A stretch of DNA of 64,000 nucleotides from Chrysomallon squamiferum (GCA_012295275.1 CM022665.1:5704001-5768000), one strand, 5' to 3'. Counted from the stretch's first letter, positions 33,191-48,273 are shown. Notes: a model not told the origin generated them from the sequence alone. Translations and numbers: made by a program.

Positions 33191-33283
<93 letters not shown>

Positions 33284-33291
33284 ATTATTTG

Positions 33292-33406
33292 ACAAACCAC
33301 TGAATGGGCACTGGTTGGACCGAACAATAAACTAGTAAAAGCACTAAGAAGGTTTGATCTTTCCACCTATCATACCTCAAGCCAGTTCTGAACTACAGCC
33401 TGCCCT
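33292..33406 (-). mobile_element. Highly degenerate SINE 5' fragment (Nin-DC-like head)
   Basis: The minus strand reads GGGCAGGCTGTAGTTCAG...GCTTGAGGT...GATCAAACC...TCCAACCAGTGCCC...TGGT, resembling the tRNA head plus the start of the gastropod SINE body. Confidence 0.4.
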
Positions 33407-34310
33407 GGTGAGTAAATATTTGTTAAACATTAGCGTTTGTATCACAAGCATAACAAAGCTAATGTAGCTAGTACCGAAAGGTCACTTTTGAATCTGCCAC
33501 TGTGATATCGTGTATGTTTTGAGTATTAAGATATCTGTGATGTCTATCGGGTAAATCATTACAACGGTTAAATGTTTTGACGGGTCTGTCTGTCTAGATT
33601 TATTGGCATGTTTTTTTTCTTTTTTTTTCTTTTTGTTTTGTTTTGTTGGGGTTGTTTTTCTTTCAACGCTGTCATTTCTATTTATTATTGTAATGGTAAT
33701 ATCAGCAGCAATAGTAGTAATAGTAGTAGGAGTATGAGTAGCAGAAATAGTAATAGTTGTACTAGTAATAGTTGTGGTGATGACGGTAGTAGTTGTCTTT
33801 ATGGTAATAGTCGTGGTGGTGGTGGTAGTAATAGTAATAGACGTAGTAGCAACAGCAGCAGCAGCAGTAATTGTACTAGTAATAAAAGTAGTAGGTTTAT
33901 GTTTTTCTTATTTTGTTCTTTGTTTGTATGTACTTTTCTTTTTATGAGCTATAAATTACAATTCATAAAGATTATTTTTTTTTTTTCAGGACGTAGATTT
34001 TACAGATTTTCATTTATAGGTGGAGTCGAAAACAAATCTGTCAGCTCTGCTGTGAAAATGATTTGTATATTTAACTTATTTAAAATAATAAAACAAAATT
34101 AAAATTAAAAAAAAAAAGGTCCAACATAACGTGACCCAGGGATTACAAATGACAATATACACCTGATGAAAACTGCAAACACATGTAAATCAACATTCTT
34201 TTCCTTTCTGCACCGAGCAGGGTTAATTATTATTTATTTAACCTGATTACAGACGGGTCGTCAGTTATTGTGGTGCAAATAATTTCGATGAAATAAGCCT
34301 AACAATAAAA

Positions 34311-34588
34311 TTCATACATATATACATACACACACACATTCATACATTCATACATTCATACATACATACACACACACATACATACGTACACACACACACA
34401 TACATTCATACATACACACACACATACGTTCATACATACATTCATACATACACACACATACATTCATACATACATTCATACATACATACACACATACGTT
34501 CATACATACATTCATACATACACACACATACGTTCATACATACATTCATACATATATACACACACACTCACACACACACACACACACA
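34311..34588. repeat. Compound (TACA)n/(CA)n satellite with a higher-order unit (CACACATACGTTCATACATACATTCATACATA)
   Basis: Visible repeated compound unit. Confidence 0.9.
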
Positions 34589-34595
34589 AAAGGTT

Positions 34596-34770
34596 GTCTC
34601 GATGGCCGAACGGTAACGTCGTCCGCCTTCAGAGTGTGGGTGAATGGGTGTCATACGTTCGAGTCTCGTCAGCGGCATCTGACGGGTTTGTGAGGTCGTG
34701 ATTGGACTTTGTCCTGCGCCAGTGCGTTCCCGAATATTGTCTATGTTCTGAGTCTATTCAGACATACATA
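34596..34770 (+). mobile_element. tRNA(Leu-like)-derived SINE with a (TACA)n tail
   Basis: Head GTCTCGATGGCCGAACGGTAA...TTCAG resembles tRNA-Leu(CAG) GTCAGGATGGCCGAGCGGTCTAA...TTCAG. A box TGGCCGAACGG, B box GTTCGAGTC (34657-34665). The stems do not pair as a tRNA; a ~90-bp unrelated body follows, then the simple-repeat tail. Confidence 0.75.
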
Positions 34771-35470
34771 AGACAGAGAATATTCAAAATCCTAAACTAC
34801 ATTCGTACATACATACACACAAACGTGCATACACACACACACACATACATACATACACATATAAATAATTCCGATGAAATACTTCTCATAATAAAATACA
34901 TACGTACATAATTTTTATACACATACATACATACATACATACATACATACATAATTTTGTATATATTTGTTTTTCTCTTTTTTCAAAGGAAACAAGAAAA
35001 TAAGTAAATATGCAACCAAGCATCCTAAAAAAATGGTAAAAATATTAAAAAACGAAGAATAGAGTACCTATGTACCTTTCACGTGTTACCAATGAGTGCA
35101 TATATATATATGTAATGCACTTTGTACGAAGAACCTTGTTTACTCTATTCTGGTCACATGGAGATTATGTTGAGAGACAAAGTTATGCGAAACAATGCGT
35201 GTGTCAATAGGTTAGCGACCTTTCAATTTACACAGTGCATGTCTCTGCAACTAGACTGTCACTTTCATATCATTTATCTCCTGTACATCGTCTGTCATTC
35301 TGTCGTGTAAAACACATGTAATATATAACTGGTCGTTATCTACATGTATTATATGTGTATGTGTAGTTATCTGTGTGTGTATGTGTGAGTGTTTGTATAT
35401 ATATATATGTATGTATGTAATATTACGTATGTATGCAGATAAGTAACTAGGTAGGTATACAAGCACATGA

Positions 35471-35501
<31 letters not shown>

Positions 35502-35559
35502 GTATGTGTATGTATATATATATATATGAATGTGTGTATTGTATATGTTTGTAAATATG

Positions 35560-35659
35560 TATGTATGTACGTCTGAATAGACTGTACATAGACAATATCG
35601 GGAACGCACTGGCGCAGGAGGACAAAGTCCAATCAGAACTTCACAAACCCGTCAGACGC
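35560..35659 (-). mobile_element. 5'-truncated second copy of the same SINE (body and tail only), inverted
   Basis: The reverse complement TCTGACGGGTTTGTGAAGTTCTGATTGGACTTTGTCCTCCTGCGCCAGTGCGTTCCCGATATTGTCTATGT...AGTCTATTCAGAC aligns with 34678-34763. Confidence 0.85.
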
Positions 35660-37950
35660 ACACACGCACACACACGCACACACACGCACACACACACGCA
35701 CACACACACACACACACACACGTATCTCCTCTACACAACACACATATATGTATTCATGATGAGACAAGCACTAATACTCACATATAATTATGTACAAAGG
35801 GATTACGTATTTAAATATAGCTGCAGACAATACGATGCTTAAAGTCTGAAACATCTCATTCGCTGGCCAGGTGATTACAGGTATTTCTGGAATGATAACG
35901 TTTTTTTTGTTGTTTTTTTGTTTTTTTTTTTTTTTTTTTTTTTTTGCTTTTAGCCAAACAACACATTAGAAGCAGATGAAAGTAAATCTAAAACAAACAG
36001 AATACACTTTCTGTGTTGACAAACAAGCAACTTCTGCTTGCAATCCGTGCGTATGTCACTGTAATAACGAATGTCTTGCGTAAGTTTCTAAAGGTGTGTT
36101 AACACATGGCGATTTGTTGTAACGAGCTGTTATGTTAAATCACTCCTGAGACCGCGCTAAATTCTTTGCTATTATGAATAGCTGGCTTTTTTTTTTTTTT
36201 TTTTTTTTTTGTTTGTTTGTTGGTTGATGGGTTGGTTGGTTGATTGGTTTTACTATTATTTTATTCCCATTTCATCGCCATTTTTATAAATAACTGACTT
36301 ATAGTTACTGGATACCTTGCTGATCTTAAACTACGTAATCATGCGTCTTTAAATGAAATATTAAAATATCACGAAGCTTTCTGTATTTTTTTGCGCGAAA
36401 CAAAAATTCCGGAAATGATGTCACGCTTTTCAATATACCACCCCACATAATAACTATACCCCTAAAGGACAGCCTGTAATGTCTAACTATGCCCACAGCT
36501 ATCCGCTTTGTCTACATGCTTCTAAGAATGCATTGTGTTTGGGTTATCTTAACTCATCAAAAATAACCAGCAGCAGGCAGACAAAAACTTTGACCTTAAA
36601 AGTTCACCCGAGACGGCAGCAAATTGTGGCCGCTAGGTAACTGATGTACAGGACATTTACCTCTCAGGCCAAAAAACCTTTACAAAATACTCATTTCAAA
36701 AGTAAAGAAACAAACATCTTTTAATAAAAAAATAAATAAATAAACAAAGTAAAAATAAAAAAATAAATAAATAAACAAAGTAAAAATAAATAAATAAATA
36801 AATAAACATAAAATAAAAATAAATAAATAATAAAGATAAAATAACAAAAATAAATAATAAACATAAAATGAAAGAATAAGTAAATAGATAAAATAATTAG
36901 CAAATAAATAAATAAATAAATAAATGTATGAAAGCATTAGAAATCATTGTAGTTTTGTCGTGGATGAAATGTGATTTCATCTCTTTGTCGTCTGTATTAA
37001 TACTGATGTAGCAAGGGTCTGTCGTTACTATTATATGCATGTAATATGGACATGTATGTAATGTGTATCTTACCCTATATCATATATCATGCACATATCT
37101 TGATGCTTTTTATGGTGATCATATTTTTCTATCAGTATTTCAAGCATCCCTCTAGTTCAGTTGACTACTGTGTCTTTGACAGAAATCCGTTCTCTTGTTA
37201 TTATCTCTCCATTTTAAATGTATCTACATTATTCATAATGTTGTTGTGTGAAGATTATGTCGGTCGTGAAACTAAATTGTTGAGATCTTTAATTATGATC
37301 TGAAGTCATGAAAAGAAATTTTACCACATAGATATATATCTATGTATCTATATATTCGCACACGCACACACACACACAAACGCACATGCACGCACATTCA
37401 CACTCCATAACTGTACGTGTGTACGTGTGCCTTTTTGTGCCTGTGCTATCATCAGATTAAACCTATAGCATTTTCATACACCTTCATATACCTTCATTTA
37501 TGTTTCTGTAGTTAAGAATGTTAAGTTTGTTAATTCGCGTTTTAAAATCTGGTTTAATGATTCCGGCTTTTGCGTCTCACACGAATATCTAACGTTTCTA
37601 CGATGAAAATTGATTCTTTGTGAGAAATGTTTTTGAGCAAAAATACGTCATATATAAAACTATAAATTCTGTTATTAAGATGGAAAAACAAGTTTAAAGT
37701 CTTTATGGACTTACTGTTTTTAAACAGCTTTTGGTATCTGTTTTTTGTTCTCGTTAATAGACCTGGCGATCAAAGTTCACAATGTTATCCGTGGTAATCT
37801 CCGTTTATACATTTTATTATTTTGCCCAAAGCATCGTGAACTATTGTTGTTGTCCACATAAAAAAAAAAAAAAATGAAAACAAACAGATATACATGTAAA
37901 TAAAAATACAAATACTATTTTTTCATCTTTTGTTTTATTTCTTATTATTG

Positions 37951-37997
<47 letters not shown>

Positions 37998-38788
37998 TAT
38001 TTGTGTTTTTATATTTCTCGGAGGCATGGTGTGCCGCTGGAACTATTCTCCTCACTGGACATCATTTGCAATATCTCGTTCCACCAGTCTGTCTCAGTCG
38101 CTCTCTCATCTTTCTTTCTAGGTCTCTCTTTCTGTCGATGTAATCTCTCCACATCTGTCTTTGTTTCCGTCTGTCTCTCTGTTTATCTATCTTCTGTCTG
38201 TCTGTCTGTCTATTTGTGTACGTGTTTGTCGATCTGCATGTCTGTATCTGTCTGTCTATCTGTTTGTCTATCAGTCCATCCATCCCTCGCTCATTTTCTA
38301 TTCATGTGTGTGTGTGTGTATATCTTTTAGGTGTATGTTTTCTTTGAAAATTAACTTTCGCACTTTATGAAATCAACCTCATTTCCACTTAATTATTGTA
38401 TCTCTTTTCTGAGACTCTTTTAATATGACTTTTAATGCACCTGTTTTTTTGTTATTTTTTGACCACTTCGACTTAACATGCCAAAACATCAACAATGAAA
38501 ATTTTATCTCACTGCAAACTGACCCGCTACTCTCTTTAAACAAACCTCCTTTTGTACAAAAGAACGCCAGTCATTTGAAACATAAATTCTATCATACTGC
38601 TATAAAGCCTACAGTGTATTTTAATTCTCGGGTATGAAATTTCCATTAAATGCAAACCATTGTCTAAGATTACCGATCGTCAGTTTTCTGAAAACCAACA
38701 CCATACTCGACTGAAATAAAAATCCGAGGTGTGGGTGTCACGTGATTCAGGTATACGATTGTTTACTATTCGGGTGAATAGTTAACCT

Positions 38789-38819
<31 letters not shown>

Positions 38820-39412
38820 GTGTGTGGAATGCGTAGAAATGTTTTATTATACAACCCCCATATGGCACAAATATATGAAAGATTTGTTATTGTGGTCCTA
38901 GTAAAGGGGACGCGACCTTCATGGTGAAGCCCTACCTTGTGAAAAACGTGTCTTAATGAAAAAAAAAAAAAAAAAAAAAAAAACATACACTGTCAACAGA
39001 ATCTGCGCACGGTTGGTCGTATTGTCAGAAGTAAAATATAAAGACGACAAATGAAAAATAAAAAAATTACTTCTGGTTTTTCTACGAAGTTTTAAAAATC
39101 TTTCGTTAGTGAGTAATTAGTAGTCTCTGTGTAAAGATAATGAAAAGGTTAAAAAAAAGAAAGAAACAAATTTCAGTTGAATTTCAAACAGCCCAAACAT
39201 GCAAAAAAAAAAAAAAAAATCCACACAAAACAAGCATTGTGTTAAAGTATTTTTTTTTTCCAAAAGAGGTTTTTTTATATTGATTTTTATGTATTTATTG
39301 TTCTTGTTGTTGTTATGATAATGACGATAATGATTACTACTGCCACTACTACTACTACAGATATTACTACTACTGCTGCTTCTACTACTACTACTACTAC
39401 TAATAATGATGA

Positions 39413-39457
<45 letters not shown>

Positions 39458-39829
39458 CATCATCATTATTTATATTTATTCTCCAACGAATTAAAATAAA
39501 ATAAATAAAAATCAAATAAATCTTTGTTATTTATATAACGAATTATAATTAATATTAACACAGCAGTTATTTTTTATTAACTCGCACTTAGAACATAGAA
39601 ACGTTATTTCGTACCTCCTGCAGTTCAACTCTGGTTCATTTAAAAAAAAAAATAAATAAATAAATATCACATGTTAAAAGCGGCTATCATCAAACCGTCA
39701 AAAGTGCTTTTCAACAAATATGACCAGCCTGCGAAATGCATAAACATAGAGAGTCAAAAAAAAAAAATAAAAAAAAAATAAAATAAAATAAAAAAACCCA
39801 TTTCAAGCAATTGTGTCGCATCCCTGTCT

Positions 39830-40160
39830 ACCTGACCGTGACCCGTATGTCAGTTTTACACAGCGAGACGTATAAATCACTTTTCAGCGCAGGCAACGCG
39901 AGTCCGGTAAAGCTACGTCACGCTAGTTGTGAGTGGACGTAAGCAACGATTACCTGTAGAGTTTCAGCTGCGATCGCCAGGTGAGAAAGGCTGGCCAGTG
40001 AGAAGAGGGAGGAGGATAACCGAAGTAAAGTTTTAAACGCCTCTTGTTCTGTAGCGTCAACGGTCGAAGCTTTTTATTCATGTAAACGTCAAAAAAAAAA
40101 AAAAAAAAAAAAGAGTTTGTGGATACCTTTTATACAGTTGACAGCTCCTGGTGCACTCAG
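39830..40160 (+). promoter_or_regulatory. CpG-rich candidate promoter and non-coding first exon (distal) of the downstream gene
   Basis: GC/CpG island in AT-rich DNA, TATAAA at 39871, CRE-like TACGTCAC, ending in donor CAG|GTAGGA at 40160/40161. Confidence 0.4.
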
Positions 40161-40250
40161 GTAGGATTCGATAATTTACTGATCTTTATAGTTAAAGCGT
40201 TTGTAAATATGTAGTGCTTTTTACTGTAGTTGTTAGGTCTCTCTGTAGTT

Positions 40251-40252
<2 letters not shown>

Positions 40253-40308
<56 letters not shown>
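40253..40308. repeat. (TC)n microsatellite
   Basis: Perfect run. Confidence 0.95.
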
Positions 40309-40312
<4 letters not shown>

Positions 40313-42592
40313 TCATGATTTTACCTCCTAAATTCACCTGAATAATTTAATTTTATGCATATGTTTCAGCTGTGTCACCTTTTCTTTTTCTAGTATTTCT
40401 ATTTAAATGTATATTTTAATATAAGGGATGTTTTACGTTATTGTTGTCATTGTTATTATCATTAGTAGCAGTACTACTAGTAGCAGTAGAAACAGCTGCA
40501 GTTTTCATACAGCTGTCTTAACAATATAAAAAGTATATAAAATGCTGTATTAGAACTCTTATTTACTTAATGCATTTTTTAAAGTGAATCATTAAGAAAT
40601 AAATTGTTTTCGTATCCTTTAATAGGATGTACGAAAGAAAACCACAGTGATAAGTTATGATAAAACGTAAACTATTTTGTATCACTCTAGTCTGTAATAT
40701 ATAAAGCACACCACGATATCGTTATTTTAATAAGAAATAGATTTTTTTTAAAAAGAGTAATATTTCCGCGTTTTTTTATTGTTTTCGCTGATTTAAAACT
40801 GATATCGCCTTAAAATATTATTATTTAATTAATGTTGACATGTGTGTAAACCTTTTTTTTTAATCACAGTTTTACAAAACGCAGTTAAGGTAATACAAAT
40901 ATTTTATAAATGATTAGATAAATTCGTTGATTTATCATTAAAGATAATTCTACGTAATCAAAGTGTGTTACAGAATTAATTGATTTGTCGTCAGCTGTAA
41001 TTGATATATTGAGTTTCATTACGTTACGACTTGCGTGACGCTCGCTTCAGTGTTAATAACCTGACATGTTATGATTTATTATTTGTTCAAACTGATTTAT
41101 CTGGAGTCCTGGCCTAATAAAAATTAAAGTAAAAAAAATGCAAAAGCACGTATACTAATTTACACATACTGCAGCGCACACTAACGTGATGTGGAAAAGC
41201 ATCACAAGTATTAAAGATAACGTTAGCATTGTAATACATTTATCTATCCTTTATCTTCTTATATTTATTTTATTTTTATTTCTGACAACTGGTTTTGGGT
41301 TTTTTTATTTTTTATTTTTTTATTTTTTTTTAACGAATTTCATTTAATATTACAATTTCTACAAACTGGTATTACCTCCTTTTCAAACACTCTAACCGTC
41401 GTTAACGACTAAACAAAGAAACAACGTAACAAAAAAAAAAAAAAAAAAAAAAAATACAAAGCAAAAAAAAACAAATCTTTAATTTTCAATGTCGATTAAC
41501 GGTAACCAAGAGAAAGAACGGTAAGCCATTAGAAATAACGGTTTCGCTGCAGTCGCAAAACACACACACACACACACCGCATTCCTAACATCGTTGACCT
41601 ATTGAAAATTAATACACGTTTGTAAATTCTCTCTCATTAGCTGTGATTGCATGGGTGGGTCGCCTCCCATTGTGAACGTTCCCAAATTTCACACAGCGAT
41701 GGCGCAACAGCCATTAGTAAAATATGCGCCATTGTTTGAAGAGCTTAAACGCCGTATCGACATCTGTTATCTGATGCTTTTGGAACACTCCTATTGAAAT
41801 TAAAGTGTTTGTTTGGTTGTTATACTACTTGTAGGAGCTATAAGCTACACCCCCTCACCCCCTGTGGGGCCAGCTGAAGGAAGGCAAGAGATTCTGTAAA
41901 CTTGTGACATAAGACGTAGTTAATTTTGTTAGATTTTGGCAGCTGGTTAAAGATGTATGATAAATATGTTCTAAACCGAAACAAGCCGGGCAACTTGTGA
42001 AAAATATTGCGTGGTTATTTTTATTACCAACAAGATTTTATTTATTTTCTATTCCATTTCTATTTTATTCTCTCTTATTCATTTATTTATTTATTTATTT
42101 ATTTTTCATTCTTATTCATTTTTATTCAATATTTTTCTCTGTCTTTTAAGTCGAATTATTAGTAAATGTAAGTTACAATATACAAACAATCAAATCAAAG
42201 AATCATTAAATCAGTGCATTCAGTAAAAACGTCCAGATTTGGTATCGAGCCAAAACGAACGACGCACACGCTTGCGTTTGATGCTTACACACTAAACTCC
42301 GCCGCTGAGCTATTTTGTAACCAATTGTGACCGCAAGTCTGACGTGACATTTCGGCTTTTCTCGTTTGGCTGCAACTTGGCTAATCCGAGGATAATGCAG
42401 AACCTTTGTGGGGTGTCCTGTGGAAGCCGCTGGATGCCTCGGATAACACACCCACGTGCAACATTCACCAGCGGTACGTCCGCGCAGAACTGGGACGTCT
42501 TTTTAAAACTCCACAGACTGATGTGAAGAAGAAGAAGAAGAAGAAAACGAAAAAAAAAAAAAAAAAGAAAGAAAGAGAACTGAGAGTCTTCA

Positions 42593-42624
<32 letters not shown>

Positions 42625-43578
42625 CTCCATCACAGTTTAAAAGACTATAATTATATTTACGACGCTACTTTCCATGAATTAAATTTTTTCCTATGTACAG
42701 TTTTTAATAAAATAATCCTTCCCCATAGCCATCATTATCTTCATCATCATTTTTTTTTTTTTAACTTTCATGACACGTATTGTCTTTCTCTATATGAGCT
42801 CTTTGTGTTGTATTTCGTTTCAACCAGTACTCAACGAACGGTGTATCAAAATGGTAATACAAAAATGTCATAAAAATAACCATATTCAGGTGGTGCGCTC
42901 TCCCCTATCATGTTTGATCAACCTTCATTTTTTAATTAATGAAAGTCATCTCATATTAATTTTAACGTGTTGATGGCGCTCCTTTTTTTTAATTATTTTT
43001 TTATCGTCCTTGTGTGAAACAGCTTGTAAATAATAACCTTTAATGCGCGTATACCTTTTAAAATGTTTTTACGTGTCCTTAAACTAACCTGAAAGCATTC
43101 ATTAAAAAAAAAAAAAAAAAAAAGGCTGTGGGAAGGGTAGCAGACGGCTATTATTTACTTCATCCAGTGCTAAAAATATGTCTTTGAAATGCGAAGTTCA
43201 AGCAGACTGTTTTGTTACACAATGCCAGAGTCTAAGATGCATGTTTAAGCTGACTTTTAGTAAGTTAGTCAGAAAATCACAGCTTCACAAACTGCTGTTA
43301 AGACGAGTTGTTTTATTACTGCGCCGTACAGACTGGTAGTTCCTTAAACATGCTTTCACAAACAATGTGACACAAATAATTTCCTTTTGGCCAAACGCTT
43401 TTATGTATTCTTAACACGGCAAAGTATTCTTTTTAACTTTTAGTTTAAACCTTTTAATGTTGAACCTCTGTTGTTTAGTTTTGTTTTGTGTCGTTATAGT
43501 TCTTATTTTATTGTTATTGTTGCTGTTGCTGCTGCTGTTGTTGTTATTGTTGATATTTAAAATACTTTTGATGCCCTA

Positions 43579-43611
<33 letters not shown>

Positions 43612-43665
43612 ATCAACAATTGTTTCGTTAATATACGAATTAAAATAAAAATCATAATTTTCATT

Positions 43666-43697
<32 letters not shown>

Positions 43698-45644
43698 TGC
43701 ATAATTATCTGATGATTTTTACACCCCACAAAAAAAAGTCAACAACATAATTCCTGTGATTATAATCAGTTATTTACATTTCTTACACCGCAAAATACTA
43801 CTTTTTTTCTCTTTTAGAAAAAAACAAAATGTTTAAATACTTTCATGTCCCGTTAACCTCGGCGACATTTAACAATAGAAAACAACCCAGAATGTCAAAG
43901 CCTTAAAAAGAAAGAAAGAAAGAAATCTAGTTTCTTTTGTTGCAGCTTCTCTTCAGAAGTCCTCACTCGAATTATTTAGACTATTGCTCGATGACTCAGC
44001 TCTCGAAGTTCAGTGAATGGTTTCGTTTTTTTGTGTTTTTTTTTTTACAATCAGCGAAATCCCAGTCTTTGTAACGACAGTTCAGGCACAAATGTCGAGA
44101 TGTCATCTGAATGCGTTTGAGAGAGAACACTGTGTAGCAAATAACTGCCTAATGACTAATGTCAAACAGCATGTCACAATGTATTCATTCGTTTCACGAG
44201 AGTGTTCGACAATAAGGGTAGATGTAAAGCAGTCAGAGACGTCTGCATCTCTATTCACAACGTGAAGTCTTCAAAGATACTCAAAACGTAAGATAAGATG
44301 ATTCAACGCGAAGTGTTCAGAAATACTCTCTGAGCGATAAGATGATTCGAGAATATTTCTTCTTTCTTTCTGTCTTTCAAGCTTTTTCTTCTTCTTCTTC
44401 TTCACATTCTTTCAATCATTCTGTTCCGTGCTATTCTGCTGATTGTTGTTGTTGTTGTTCTTCATCATCATCATCATCATCATCATTTTCTTCTTCATCT
44501 TACCATTCTTATTTTCTCCATTATTTTAATCACCATCTTCTTCTTTTTTATTGTTATCATCATCATCATCATTATTATTATTATAAAGGACTTATTATAA
44601 TTATCACAGAAGGGAACTCTAGAACTTTCGCTATCTGTTCAAAACACTGTTAAGGTTAGTATTTCAGAGAGTTAATTAGAAAAGAAGAAAAAAAAATAGA
44701 GCTCTATAGTGTGGTCAAACATTTGACCAGTTTGACTAAAGTTTTGATAGCTATATTATGTGAAACTTACAACAGACTGGACCATCAAGGTCACAGACCA
44801 TGACAGATTGTGTTTAAACAAGCACTGAAAACAGTTCCATGTGAATGCATGGGTGAACAGCGACAAACAGAAATGATTAACGGAATCAGCGTGTGAAGTA
44901 CACGAGGTGAGACATTTCTAGATGTGTGTCACGGATTTCATTGTAGTTTCAGTTCAGCAGTGCAGTCATCAAGTCAGAATTTTTACAACACTTTCAACAA
45001 CTGTACTTTCATTCAGTTTAAATCAACGTATTTCTAAACGAACACTTCTCTGTCTAAACGTGAAGAAAAAAAATATTCAAAATCTTCCTCTTTTTTTTTC
45101 ACTTTTGTTCGTGCGTGCATGTTTGTTTGTTTATTTGCGCGTGTATTTCGTTTTTTTTTTTTTTTGTGTGTTTTTTTTTTGGTAGTATACCTTTGTATCT
45201 GACACTGACGCGCTTCTGACGGAAGCATATTTTATATATGACATGTTTTAATAAATCACGAGTATAATTAAAGAAGGTGACTTATAAGCGGGAAGTTGGT
45301 GATGTTTCTAACTCCGCCTACGCTGTGTGAGGTGACCTTCCAGAGCATAAAAGTGTGAAACATAAAAGTGATAATTTAATACCTACCCACGCACAAATTC
45401 TTCCACAATGCAGAAGAAGAAGAAAAAAAAAAAAAAAAAAAAAAAAAGAAATTCCCTAAAGTTTAGTTTACTGTGATTTGATGGATGTTGCTTTTATTTT
45501 ATTTGTTCTGTTTGCTCCGTTTTGTTTTTAGTCTAAGGTGCTTTAATGAAGTTTTTATTACCTTGTTTCGCTTGTTTTTAGTTTGTTCTCTTTTATTGCA
45601 TTGCAGCACTGTGCTCAGATTTGCATTCCTTTACCTTCAATATA

Positions 45645-45847
45645 TCTGTCTGTACATCTAACAGTCTATCTGTCTCTCTCTCTTTCTTAACGTCCGTTTT
45701 TCTCTCTGTCTATCTACTTACCTTCCTGTCTGTCTACCGATCTGCCTGCTAGTCTCTGTCTCTCTATCTGTCTGTTTACTTACCTTCTCTGTCTGTTTAT
45801 CTATCTATCTATTTATCTATCCATCTGTCTGTCTATCTGTCTATCTG

Positions 45848-45878
<31 letters not shown>

Positions 45879-45960
45879 GTCTGTCTGTTTACTTACCTTC
45901 TCTGTCTGTTTATCTATCTATCTATTTATCTATCCATCTGTCTGTCTATCTGTCTATCTG

Positions 45961-46007
<47 letters not shown>

Positions 46008-46179
46008 GTCTGTCTGTTTCTTACCTTTCTGTCTGTTTGTCTGTCTGTTTCCATCTGTCTGTCTATCTGTCTATCTTACCTTCTATCTATCTGTTTATCT
46101 ATCTATCTATCTATCTATTTATCTATCCATCTGTCTGTTTATCTATCTATCTACTTTTATCTATCCATCTGTCTGTCTA

Positions 46180-46215
<36 letters not shown>

Positions 46216-46280
46216 TCTATCTGTCTGTCTGTTTACTTACCTTCTCTGTCTGTTTATCTATCTATCTATTTATCTATCCA

Positions 46281-46351
<71 letters not shown>

Positions 46352-46483
46352 GTCTGTCTGTCTGTTTACTTACCTTCTCTGTCTGTTTATCTATCTATTT
46401 ATTTATCTATCCATCTGTCTGTCTATCTATCTATCTATCTGTCTATCTGTCTATCTCTGTCTGTTTATCTTTCTATCAATCCA

Positions 46484-46519
<36 letters not shown>

Positions 46520-46571
46520 TTTATCTATTACCTTCTCTGTCTGTTTATCTATCTATTTATCTATCCATCTG

Positions 46572-46608
<37 letters not shown>

Positions 46609-46631
46609 ATCTATCTGTCTGTCTGTCTGTC

Positions 46632-46663
<32 letters not shown>

Positions 46664-46705
46664 TCTGTCTGTCTGTCTGTCTTGTCTGTCTGTCTGTTTG
46701 TCTGT
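45645..46705. repeat. Compound (TCTA)n/(TCTG)n satellite with a recurring higher-order unit
   Basis: The marker GTTTACTTACCTTCTCTGTCTGTTTATCTATC recurs at ~45775, 45887, 46231 and 46364, plus variants. Confidence 0.95.
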
Positions 46706-47457
46706 TGACTTATTTTCTCCTTTTTTTTCTGATATAATCTATGAGCAATTACAAAAGAAAAGGCAAACCTCCCACCCAAAAAAAAAAGACAACCCCAGAT
46801 CTGTTCATTTACAAGTTATTTTTATATATATCTGAAATTTCGGTGACTAAGAATGCCTAATGAGAATTGTTTTTCTCTCTCTCTCTTTCAAATGGTTTAT
46901 GTTTCTTATTTATGTGACAGAGTTGTTTTCAGTTTCTGGATCACATTTAACAGTAGTCTAGAACGACAGGTAATTTAACTATAAGCAGAACAATCATGCA
47001 ACATTTCATGCATTGGATTTTGTTTTTCTTACTCATTATGTTGTTATGCGTATATTCGGTTTCATTTTGATCACCTTTTTTTTTTTTTTTTTCCTTTGTT
47101 AATTTCGCTTTAAAGAAATAACAAAGGCAGGCTAAAATTTCAGTTGCTGTCGTAAAGTTAATTTTATTGTAATTACTGTTTACAAAAAAAAAAAAAAAAA
47201 ACATTGTCGATAAGTACTATTAAATTTCTTTTAAAAAAAAAAATGAATAAATAAATAAATAATAAACAAATAAATAAAATGTACGTTGACTATATTACTT
47301 AAGGTAACGGTTCGGAACACATGACCTGTTTGCAGGAAATCAAAGGAAATGCTAGAAGAGATGATTGATGATGATAATAAAATAGAAATAATAATTTTAT
47401 ATAAATCAACTTTCACCTGAAAAAGACTTGACGAACATATAATTGTCTGTATTTTTA

Positions 47458-47604
<147 letters not shown>

Positions 47605-48136
47605 TCTTGTGTAAATAAGAGTACAAACATACATTTTCAAAAACACTCTTGCTTACTGACCTGTTTCAAGACAGCCTGGATAATATACTACAATTATTTG
47701 TTTCTTCACATGGCTCGCTGTATTTGACATGACTCAATGACTTCAGTTTTATCGGAAGACAAGATCTGTGTATTATTTTAAATTAATGTAGGCACACTGA
47801 GATACTCTGATAGCAACCCTGAAAGTAATAATAATCACATAGCCCCAAATCTGTAATTTCCTGTTTATGAAGGAAGGAAGAATTAAATGCGTACTGGAAA
47901 AGAACGAGAGAAAATCTCGCAAGACAAAAAGATGTGAAAACAAAATCCTGAGGCATTCGCCCAATAACGGGACACTAGAGCTGCTGCTGCTGCTGATGGT
48001 GATGATGATGACATAGATATATAAAAGTGTTAATATCTAAATAGTTAATAATTAACAGGATATGTCGTAGAACAAAATGATGTACGTTAATATCGTACAG
48101 GCTAACGAACTGTTAAAACTGATGATGATGCTATCA

Positions 48137-48176
48137 GTAGTAGTAGTAGTAGTAGTAATATTTTATTATAATTATA

Positions 48177-48238
<62 letters not shown>

Positions 48239-48273
48239 TATTATTACTATTATTATTATTATTATTATTATTA
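48137..48273. repeat. (GTA)n/(TAT)n trinucleotide microsatellite
   Basis: Visible run. Confidence 0.95.

Noticed and set aside
34596-34677. Functional tRNA gene (TTCAG loop suggesting Leu, or TCA suggesting Sec)
   Set aside because: Acceptor and anticodon stems do not pair properly, there is no T-run terminator, and it continues into a repeated SINE body
46037-46708. Longest ORF in the track (223 aa, LSIY repeats)
   Set aside because: Translation of a tetranucleotide satellite
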